From NCBI GenBank assembly GCA_021432655.1, contig MU271375.1:59098-79097 (forward strand): a DNA stretch of 20,000 nt, read 5' to 3'. Shown here in pieces: positions 1-9,540 of the stretch. Position numbers and translations under genes: made by a program. Source of the stretch: Atractiella rhizophila. Taxonomy: Eukaryota. Each line of letters opens with the position of its first letter. The stretch's first letter is position 1. A model generated the notes under the pieces. It saw nothing but the letters and a program-made list of their open reading frames with translations. It did no database searches and was not told where the DNA came from.

Positions 1-863
1 CCAAGTATCAGTAACTACTACATCGGCACCATTCACAGCTTCATACGGGTCGTGTGTAAACAATACCTCTCCATTGGCAGCGCCGGTCTCCTGTTCCCCA
101 TCCTCCATCCTGGCGATCACTTGGGTGTCAAAATTATACCCTTTCGGTGTAGCGACTTTTAGATGAATGCCTAGACGTGGCATAATTACAAGCATCTCAT
201 TGACAATATTGTTCACATCTCCAACCCAAGCCACGGTCATTCCCTTGAGGCTTGACAAGTGAGGGGAGAAAGTATCGCGTGTCTCCAGAAGCGCGTGGAG
301 ATGGGCGAGAATCTGAGTTGGATGGCAGAGATCGGTAAGGGCATTGATCACAGGCTTGGAGGAATTCTGTGCAAGAGTCAAAATATCCTCGTGAGGGCCC
401 AAGCGAGCCATGATCCCGTCAGTCATGCCTGAAATGATCACAGCGGAGTCTTCGAGTGATTCATTCACTCCGAGCTGGATATCGGATGCTCCGAGAAATG
501 TGGGATGGGCACCTGAACTCAGTTTAGAGGTTCAATTCCAAAGAATTTGCAAAGAAAACTACCTAACAGAGCAGCAGCGCTTTCGCTGGCGACGCGAGTT
601 CTAGTGCTCCTTTTTGAGAAAAGGAGCGATATAGTCTTCCCATCAAGTGGTTTGAACCCCTGGGAGTCGGTTGAGCGAAACCTTTCTTTGTAGTCGATAG
701 CGGTTCGGATGAGAGACTGAATCTGAGGAACGGTCAGGTCGGCGAGAGTAAGGAGGTCTCGCGGGAAAGGTGTGGGAGGACTGAAAGGAGGTAGTTGGGT
801 GTTCCCGCTAAGGGCTTTGATGGAGGTCGAAAAAGCCCGAGCTGAATAGCAAGATCGAAACAT
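1..863 (-). CDS. ARG3: Ornithine carbamoyltransferase, mitochondrial precursor (3' end outside window)
   Basis: Exon 863-563, GT-AG intron 562-513, exon 512-<1. Spliced protein has the carbamoyl-phosphate motif FSKRSTRTR, then LGAHPTFLGASDIQLGVNESLEDS, PVINALTDLCHPTQILA, VAWVGDVNNI and ADVVVTDTW. The Arg/Ser-rich N-terminus resembles a mitochondrial presequence. Confidence 0.96.
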
Positions 864-1507
864 CTTGATGATGAACTAGAAAGAATATTAGCGAAAGCGG
901 ACATGAGTCCCCATTTATTGATGAAGTAAACGACACGAATCAACTTGACTCCTCCTACTCACTCACTCAGGCCGGCCGTGTGCATGCAGCACTTCCCTTT
1001 TTAATCTCACTATTCGCCCCAACGTCTTCAAGGCCTCCACCTGCTCCAACTGTCTGGAGACCGACACCTACCATCTGAGACTGTAGCCACTCTCCTGGGA
1101 TAACAATTCCCACTGGTAGACGGGAACACAGAGATGCTTGTTTATTGCACCGCATCATCAATCCATCCATATGAAAGGGATGTGCGCTTTCGACTAACAG
1201 GTTTGAATAGCCTCACGTAGAGTATTGGTTTCGATTAGTTGCCTCACGAAAACGTAACCTCAGGAAGACAGCATTCCAATCCTCGAAGGCAACCTCTCAC
1301 CCACCTCAGCATCACGACAAAATCCCTTCCATTTCATTTCGACCCCCACGCATCATGTTAACCATTCTTCGACTCATTACTCCAAGCCCGCATTATCTCG
1401 CTTTCGTCCTTGGTCTTTCAAGGCAAGTGCCGGCGGACGGAATTGATGGAATATCGTGATCGTGAGTGTGAAGCAACTTACAGGAACATTGCAGTGAATC
1501 CTTCTCG

Positions 1508-2661
1508 ATGCCATCTTTCAATGCGCCACGGACAAAGATACAGATTAAGCTGTGTCTGACGCGAATCAAGTTGCTGATACAGAAGAAGAATGCTCTTGCC
1601 AAAGCTCAAAGGAGGGCCATCGCCCAATTCCTGGAAGGTGGGAAGATCGAGGTGAGCCCGCTCATTAATGTTGATTGCGTGGTAAGGGTGTTGGTAGACG
1701 GCCACCATTCGAACCGAGACCATAATAAATGGTATGCCTTGGTATCCTACTTTGGGAATGTCACGAACAATTTGTGCAAGATGATCTTCATGTCGAGTTG
1801 CTTGAAGTCCTTGAGCTCTACCTCGAAGTGCTAACTGCACGATTTGGCCTTCTGGAAACCCAAAGGTACGCCGTCGCGACTCTTGAACCCTCGCTCATCG
1901 ATGGCTAGATAGAGAATGCGATCCTGGCATCTCCGATGCTGTTTGTGGGATCATCTACGCTGCTGGTAGGACGGAGATGAAGGAGCTCCATACCCTCCGT
2001 GAGATGGTGTGTTTTCATTCTGTACTCTGATTGAGTTACAACGGAAATGCAGCTCATGGCAAAGTTTGGTCGTGAGTTTGCGGTGGCAGTAATGGAAAAT
2101 CAAGACAACTGTGTCCCAAATCGTGTATGTTCGATTTCACTCGTTTCCTCTGCTTTGCGCTCAACCATTGGCAGGTTACTTCAAAGCTGACAACCGAAAC
2201 ACCATCTTCAACACTTGTAGATGCGTATATGTATGAGATCGCGAAGGCATATGGGGTCAACTTCAAACCAGAGAGCGTCAAGGAAGAGGAAGATGTTGCC
2301 GCGTCGCTGTCCAAGCCAGAATCGGTGGCAAGTATTACCCCTAAAGTCACTCTGTGGTCTAAATGTGTGACAGCCGAAAGCTCTCGACAAGACTGCAACC
2401 GCCGCCTTTGCGAGCACCTTGCAGAATCCAGCTTCAGATGTTCCAAAGTTGCCTAATGTTAATCCAACTGATCCGAAGGATATGGGACAGACTACAGGTT
2501 CGGCAAAGGAGGGCCCGGGCGTTGCAGCTACTGAGCCATCTAAAGTGCCTAAAGGAGGTGGGGATGATCTAAATGTGAGTATGTAGTCATTAGAGTGAGG
2601 TCGAGCTGACGATGACTTATAGGATTTGATGAAAAGACTGGAAGCCCTCAAGAAGAGGTAA
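1508..2661 (+). CDS. IST1: Ist1, ESCRT-III-associated regulator of Vps4
   Basis: Exons 1508-1651, 1698-1731, 1781-1865, 1913-2006, 2053-2124, 2175-2327, 2374-2574, 2623-2661. Translation includes KIQIKLCLTRIKLLIQKK, TATIRTETIINDDLHVELLEVLELYLEVLTARFGLL, IIYAAGRTEMKELHTLREMLMAKFGREF, YMYEIAKAYGV, and a C-terminal MIM1-like DDLNDLMKRLEALKKR. Confidence 0.93.
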
Positions 2662-2860
2662 ATGTAAGCTTGATATTGCCAAATCCGTCACCATTGTCTA
2701 CGCGATTCAGTATGTACGATTTACTTTTCTATTCTACAAACGTATCCTTCCAATGACTTTATTACTTAAACGTAAATTGAGGTACGGATCGCTATTGTCC
2801 AGACGAAAGTGTTCCTGAAAGTGAAAACGAGAGTCCTTTCTCCCAGAAGGTAGCCCTTAA

Positions 2861-5103
2861 TCAAGCAATGACACAATCTGAGTCGTCCTTCCCCTTCTTC
2901 CCCTTCTTTAGTGCTTCTTTCGTCATTTTCTCCCTGTCGACACCCGCTTCAGGAGCATAGCGATCCGCTGCGGATGCATATTGCGACTTCAATCTGTTGA
3001 TGGCTCGCTTATCGCCGTGAGTCGCTGCCTTCCTAAACCAGGAGAGAGCCTCCCTCCCATCTTTCGGAGTCCCAATACCAACCTGCCCCATCGTAAGCAA
3101 GCGGCCAGGATGCATAAAACACTACCTACCTCAAAAAAATAACCCACTGCATATTCCGCTTTAGGCAGCCCTTTCTCTGCGGCCTTCCTAGCCCAAAGGT
3201 ACGCCTCTGTGTCTGATTGGGGAAGGACTCCAGGAGAACCGACGAGATACCAAGCTGTCAGAGCAAAGCACGCTTCTGGATGGTCTTGTTGAGCAGCAAT
3301 GTCTGATCCAGATGAAAGTTAACCCTTCATCTTTCCAAAAAAGGATAACAAACTGTAGTAATGAATGCTGAGTGCTGGATCTTGCGGACAGCCCATCTTG
3401 CCGTACTCATAACATTCTCCAAGCTTGTACGCAGATGGAGCCCAATTCAATTCTGCACTCCTTGCCAAAAGCTCAGCAGCGTATTCAAGGTCCTATCAAC
3501 CATCTCTATCAGATCAGCAGCCTACAAGGGTTAATGAAACGGACAATGAAGACTACGTTATCGATGCCCCGTTCGTGAATCAAAGCAAGTTCGTGTAGAG
3601 GTTGTGGTACTGGCGGGTCCACAGAATCTGCATATTCAGCAGCTCGTTTAAGCCACTTTACTCCTTCCTTCGGCTTCTTGCTGAGACCCAACTCGCCATT
3701 CAGTTCCGCCAGTCCAAGACGATACATTGCGGATGGGTGGGACATGGCAGCCGCTTTACTGTGAAACGTCGTAAAGGACAGAATCAAGACGAAAGCATCT
3801 AGCTAACCGGTAGAATTGGATGGCTTTTCCAAACTCTTTGCGACATCCCCATCCATTCTCGCAACATTGACCTGCCCGGAAACAGCCGTCCGCGTGTCCA
3901 TGCTTAGCCGCCAGCATAAAAAGAGGGAAAGCTTTGTCATAGTCCCGTTTGCCCTATAACAGATCAGATACAATACAGCACGAGTGTGGGACAAACTTTG
4001 GCAGTTCCAATACCTTGGCTGTATAAATCGGCGAGGAGATATTGGGCCGCTACATGACCTCGACTTGCTATACGGCCCAACAAAGATGTGGACTCAAGAA
4101 TAAGCGCATCTCGTTTCTGTTTCTCCCGTTGTTTATTCGGATCCAACTCCCGCACGACTTCCATCACGAAGCAAGCAAATTCGAACATGAGATCCGGATC
4201 GTTGGTCTTTTTCGCATTTGCTCGGTATTGTTCCAATGTTGTATCATAATTCAAAAGCTTGACTCTTTCTCCTGGCTTGAGATGGGAATGATCGAGGAGC
4301 TGAGCAGCCGTAGGGAATGGTGGAAGTTCACCTTCCTCCGGTCGTGGAAAGTATCCAGAGGCTGACTGTGAAGCCGCATGTTGTCGAAGATTCTGCAAAG
4401 AGTCGCTACCTCGCATTCCCCTCAAATCTCGATGACTCGAAGAGGCAGGAGGAGGCGACTCTCGCCTGTAAGTATCGAAGGGAGGACGTCGAGGACTTTG
4501 TCGAAACTGTCCAAGGTCATGTGCGGACTGATTTTGTACATGTCCCTCCAAACCGTAGAAGCTCGAAGGACGAGGGGGATCTTGTTGCGAGATTGAGCTG
4601 GACCGATGCGGATCTGCAGAAACGTCCGGACGTTGGTAAGGAGGTTGGAGCGGGGTGGAACCGATGCCTGGAGAGGCATTCATGAGGGACGCTAGCGTAG
4701 GACCTCCAGGCGGTTGTTGTCGTGGCGGTCTTGTCTGAGTTAGCTCCTCCTCCTCCCTTCTTGGCTCTTGCCCCATACCTCCATTCATGGTCCCATTTCC
4801 CAAGAAAGTTGATTGCCTCGACGGTTCATGTACCTGATCATGCTGTCTCGAGTAAAACTCTTCCTCTCCTCCCTGGCCGTAGTAGGAGTCTCGCGGTGAT
4901 GGCTCATATTCTACAGGCCTAGGAGGTCTTGAAAGGTAGCTTATGCGCCCATTCGCAACCCCATTCCCATTCCATTCACCAGGCTCCCCTTCTCGAGCTG
5001 GACGCTCACCATACAACTGGTCATCTCCTGGCAACACTTCCCTCCCTTTCCCTTTCCCTTTCCCTTCCCGAGCTACTAGAACGTCGCTGCCGTTGGTAGC
5101 CAT
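2861..5103 (-). CDS. CHS4: SEL1-like repeat chitin synthase activator (Chs4/Skt5 family) with C-terminal CaaX box
   Basis: Exons 5103-3997, 3953-3808, 3758-3545, 3492-3354, 3302-3130, 3082-2861. A disordered N-terminus is followed by YRANAKKTNDP and tandem SEL1 repeats (AQYLLADLYSQGIG, AMYRLGLAELNGELG, SAYKLGECYEYGKMGCPQDPALSIHYY, ACFALTAWYLVGSPGVLPQSDTEAYLWARKAAEKGLPKAEYAVGYFFEVGIG). It ends in a basic tract plus CVIA. Confidence 0.92.
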
Positions 5104-5713
5104 TGTGAATCCGTTGCTTCGTACTGCCCTAATGAGAGGAGCTAGAGGCGGCTATTATAAAGTAGGTTGGGGGACTTGGTCGTATTTTTGTCACTCTGGC
5201 GCAAGACGCGACATGTCAATTGATGGTTGTAATTTGTTGGTCAATCTGCAGTCAAATTTGCACGTTCCAACCTTTTATTTGTCGCTAGTAAGGGAATTAG
5301 GATCTTAGGAGTTACAATGAAGCTCAAGGGAGAACACTAAGAACACAGAATCGAGGAATTCATCCATGTTCAAGTGTTTCGGGAACGTCCGGGATTAGCA
5401 ATTGCCTAATCTCTTGTTTAACGACAGCAAAACTTGCACATAGAAGGAGAATGTAGATGAAGTAGTTGTGGATGAAGAAGGCAGAACGTGCTATAAAATA
5501 ATAGAAACATCTTGACCCAACGCATGGGGAAACTGTTGGATTTTGGGTTCGGTTGAGGGTAAAGTGGCTGTGATGTGGAAGAAGAGGGAGAGAGACTGAG
5601 GTATCGCCAGCGGAGGAGTGAATGAAGAGACATAGAGATGTGGATGATGCTGTCTATAACGGATTCTTTTGAGCGCTCTTCCCCTTCGTCCCGACCACGG
5701 CGGATGGCCACAT

Positions 5714-6096
5714 TCATTTCGACTCGGCGTCTAACTTCAAAAGCAGCTTCTCGAGGTCAAAAGCTGGGTTATCAGGGTCGGTAATGACTAGTTCATCCAA
5801 CACTCAGCATCCATCCCATTATATGTGTTGGAGGAAAAGCTTACCACCAGAAGTAGCTGCCGATTTTCTCCTCTGCCACTCCAACTGCGCCTCGTGAACC
5901 CAGCGGTCATGCTTCCTCTCTTCATTCAGCTTATCCTTCAAGTTCTTTTGCTTCTGTAACGTCCGCTGGTGCACAATTCCATACCCAATACCACCAAGGA
6001 GCGCCGAATACCGCACAACCTGATTGGGGAGGAGAATTAGCTTTGAAACGCCTAGTCATGGTGAGCAGCACGAACGTTTATAACTGGAGAAACCAT
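5714..6096 (-). CDS. ATP21: Mitochondrial F1Fo ATP synthase subunit e (Atp21/Tim11)
   Basis: Exons 6096-6076, 6019-5845, 5787-5714 give MVSPVINVVRYSALLGGIGYGIVHQRTLQ...VITDPDNPAFDLEKLLLKLDAESK. This has the characteristic RYSAL/GxxxG transmembrane start and ITDPxxPxFDLE tail. Confidence 0.93.
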
Positions 6097-6444
6097 GATG
6101 GAGCCAATCCTCAAGCTCTGCGGCCTGACGTACACTCAAAGTAAATTGTCGAAGGACTAAGAAATATCGTTGCCAGCTCACAAAGACCCCTTGAGGGCTT
6201 TCTTCCCGTCGGACTCAGTCTTCCGAAATAGGAAGGCACCTACGAAGAACGTTTGCGCGAACCTAAATCAACCACACGACGGTGAAGGTCTGGCAGGAAG
6301 CAAGCAGGGGTTCAGCATCAACAAGTGGAGGCAAGAAGGATTGGAATTCATCACATAGACAGTGCAGGCACCCACCCGCCGACGATTTCCGCTCTTTTAC
6401 CCATTCCACTCTTTTTCACCGTACACACCACTCTTTCCATCGGC

Positions 6445-7875
6445 ATGAAATTTCCCTTTTCTACTCGAACGTCCTTTGGTTTCAGGATTTTTCCCACCCT
6501 CTTCCTGATGGCTAGGGCACAAAATCTGATTCAGAATGGGGGCTTTGAAGCTTCAACAACCTCTATGGCTCCGTGGACAGTGTCATCTGACAATTTCAGT
6601 GCGTGTTACCTCGCTTGAGTCAACAGACCCCGGAAAACTCACAACATGTGTTTGATGCGATAGATTTAGGACCTTCGGCTTTCCCTCAGGAGGGTTCTAA
6701 CGACATCTCGATCTACGGGAATGCCACTTTATCGCAAAGGACGCAAGCGAGCAAAGGCACAAAGTAGTGCGTCGAGCTCGAGCTTTGATCTGACCCTCTG
6801 AGCTTCTCTGAATGAATGGATTAGTGAGATTTCATTTTGGGCCTTCGTGGTGGATACCCAACCGCAGACCATGCTGGCTACCTTTGGATCCGCCCAGTGG
6901 ACTTTCGAAGTTCCTCCTGGAGGAGAGAGCAGTGGGCCTTGGAACGAGTTCAGCTCGCACACAATGGCTATTGGAAACGACGTGTTGTCCTTCACCGCTC
7001 CTGGGTGAATGTTCTCCCCGGGCTGACTTTAACAATGGTTGATGTTAAGCTCGAACCGCAGATCTTCATTGATGAGAATTGATAACGTCTCCATCGCTCC
7101 GGACGGTGCGACATCAGCTTCAGCACCACCGTCCACTCCACCACCCAAGAAGTCAGACGCGACTCCAGCTATCGTAGGAGGCGTCCTAGGCGGTCTGGCA
7201 CTTCTCGCTCTGGTTCTCATCGGCGTCGTGATCATCGTACGACGGGCTGGCCGTTCGAATACGAAGATGGACGAGAAGATGGCGGCTCTGACTCAGGCCA
7301 ATAATACGACCATGCGAAGCGAAACCGCATCCGTCCCCATGTCCACAACTGGTCAATCAGAGAAGCATTCACACCAGAGGACCGTGACGGGGTCAAGCTC
7401 GGCAGTGTACCCAAATTCTCCGTTCGGGACTGGACACGTTGCATCTCGCAGTTTCCAAAACAGTGTCTCTCCTCCTTATCCTCCGAACACGGTTTCCCCT
7501 CATAACAACACTTCTTCCGCAATGTCGAATGCTTCCCAACGGCGGAACAATTATAGTAGGTCAGACGACGCGTCGACCCAATACCAGTTCTCTCCTCCGC
7601 CGCCTTCTCAATTCTCCACTCCAGCGAGCGTACCTGATGTCTATCCATCCCCGGATCCAAGGCCGGATAGCACAGGAACACAAGTGAGCTGGCAGAGTAA
7701 CAGCAACAACTACTCTAACTCCTCCTATTTCGTCGACCCCAATGCGCCACCACTTCCCGTCAATCAAGGCGGAAGTCAGTCGCGCGTGGAGCTGTATCGA
7801 CCACAGGGAGTTAGAGTGGAAGAGGAAAATCTGGAGAGGCCAGATCGGTACAGCATTTATAGGAAAAAGAGGTGA
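6445..7875 (+). CDS. Type I single-pass membrane protein with extracellular CBM4/9-like (galactose-binding-like fold) domain and S/P-rich cytoplasmic tail
   Basis: Exons 6445-6598, 6664-6766, 6825-7004, 7062-7875, all GT-AG and frame-consistent. Signal-like N-terminus, then QNLIQNGGFE...W...TLSQ...GTKYEISFWA...WNEFS...LSFT...IDNVSI, a Pro/Ser linker, and the hydrophobic helix AIVGGVLGGLALLALVLIGVVIIV followed by RR. Confidence 0.8.
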
Positions 7876-8467
7876 TTATTTGATTTTATACTGCCTTCGT
7901 CGTTCTTTCGTCCTTTTCTGGAATTCAGCGCTTTCTAAAAACCCTTATCTCGTTCCCTTCGCGGTTGCTCTAGCTTCGGAACGAAATACCCTGTAGACCG
8001 TGTTTCCTGGTGTTTCCAGTCAGTGTACTGTTGTCTAATATCTATAGCACTGCGAGGTACTTAATGACATCCATTTCAATGCTACTTTGGGGTTAACACC
8101 TGCTTACGGACAAGCTAATCGATTTTGATACTGTTAATGGAAACGATTCAAGCGCCGAACTTGAAATAAAGAACGAAGCTTGGTATAAAAGATATAAGAC
8201 GATTGTGACGAAAAAATTACATAAGCGACCAAACACAGACGAGGAGTCGACCACAGAGGCATTAAGTAGGACGTCGGTTAAAAGATGCAATATGAGCGAT
8301 GATGCCACGAAGGAAGGACCCAAAAATGAAGGAGAGAGCACAACGAAGGGAGTACGGATGAGATTGCTAACTTGTTAGCACTGATCATGCAAAGACTGTC
8401 TTCCAGCCGATCTTGAGACGACAGTCAGGTTTGAAACGAGGAAATGAGAGCCCTCAGAGTACTGCTC

Positions 8468-9540
8468 TCACAGACCTCGAACGTCATAAGGGAACTTCAA
8501 AGCCTTTGGCTTTTTCTCTTCATGACGCTTTCCCTCCTGCTTTACCCTCATGGGAACAGTAGCAAGCATCGTCTTGATGGAAGGAAGGAAGACGGAAGAA
8601 GCTGAAGAAGAGGCACTAGATCTCCTTGACGAAGTGGAGGATATTGAAGAGGAGGAAGAATAAGCGGAAAGAGGAGCAGGAGCAGTTAGAAACAGCGCCT
8701 GAGCTTGAGGCGGGAACACGACGGGATAGGGAACTTGGGGCTCGTGCGGTTCGTCTTCGATAAGTGGCACGTCGGTTGGATGACGAGGGATGTAGCCCAT
8801 GTCTGATAAGAGAAAGAACACTGAATCACCATGGCCGCGAGGATAATGAGGAGAAAACATACGGCTTGGGAGAACAAAAGGTGGTCGCGGCCCCAACGGA
8901 CCAGTTCGACTAACAACGTGGGCGTTTCGTCCTCCTTCGACTTCTTCACATGGCGTACCGAGGACATAACATCGTTCGCATGGGCGAAAATCCTTCGCGA
9001 TCAAGCTTTCCGTCAGACATAGCTTTCAGGAGGCGAGAGGCCACACGTACGGAGCAACGCTTACACGCCTGCAGGATCGATGGCTACATCAGCGTGACGA
9101 AAATGGCAATTGATGATGCACACCTTCTTGCAACCCTTGCAAGCTCGCTTTACTTGTTTCCGTTTATGGTGTTGATTGTATCCGTTTTCCTTCACAACTG
9201 CCTCCTTTCTTCCCTTCCAAAATCGAGGGGACACATCCACGATCTTTCCGCGCTCATCTCGAAAGATGGGACGACCATTCTTCAAGCCTTCGAACTTAAC
9301 ATAAATCGCGTTCTCTGGGACGTTTGCAGGGCGAGCTGGATGTTTCTTTCCGGCGGTCTGGCGAGGGAGACCAGTCGTCACAGGAGATGAAGGACGCGAT
9401 GGCTCGATGTCCGTTGCAGATAGGAGCTCGTCTTCTTCTTCACTGATCGCGTGAGCAGGAGATGGAAGAAAGACATCCACCGTTGCTGGAGGTTGAACGG
9501 AGGACTGTATCGTGACGAAAGAGTGCTGGTGGCGCTCCAT
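8468..9540 (-). CDS. Zn(II)2Cys6 binuclear-cluster transcription factor (small, no obvious middle-homology domain)
   Basis: Exons 9540-9124, 9068-9051 (18-nt microexon), 8992-8468. Splicing assembles RKQVKRACKGCKKACKRCSDFRPCERCYVLGTPC, i.e. C-x2-C-x6-C-x5-C-x2-C-x6-C. The C-terminus is Ser/Pro-rich. Confidence 0.85.

Noticed and set aside
898..920. Minus-strand AATAAATGGGGACTCA resembling the RNase MRP CR-V motif
   Set aside because: No matching CR-I (GAAAGUCCCC-like) upstream on the same strand, and it lies in the ARG3 upstream region.
967..1170. 67-aa minus-strand ORF upstream of ARG3 as an extra coding exon
   Set aside because: It ends in TGA right before the candidate donor, so it cannot splice in frame to OTC, and it has no recognisable features.
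1226..1240. GGTTTCGATT resembling a Pol III B-box/tRNA T-loop
   Set aside because: Imperfect match and no cloverleaf could be built.
5041..5069. (TTCCCT)n microsatellite-like repeat
   Set aside because: Simply encodes EGKGKGKGRE in the Chs4-like N-terminus.
5418..5717. 99-aa minus-strand ORF following ATP21
   Set aside because: Low-complexity, pyrimidine-rich UTR/promoter-like sequence with no coding evidence.
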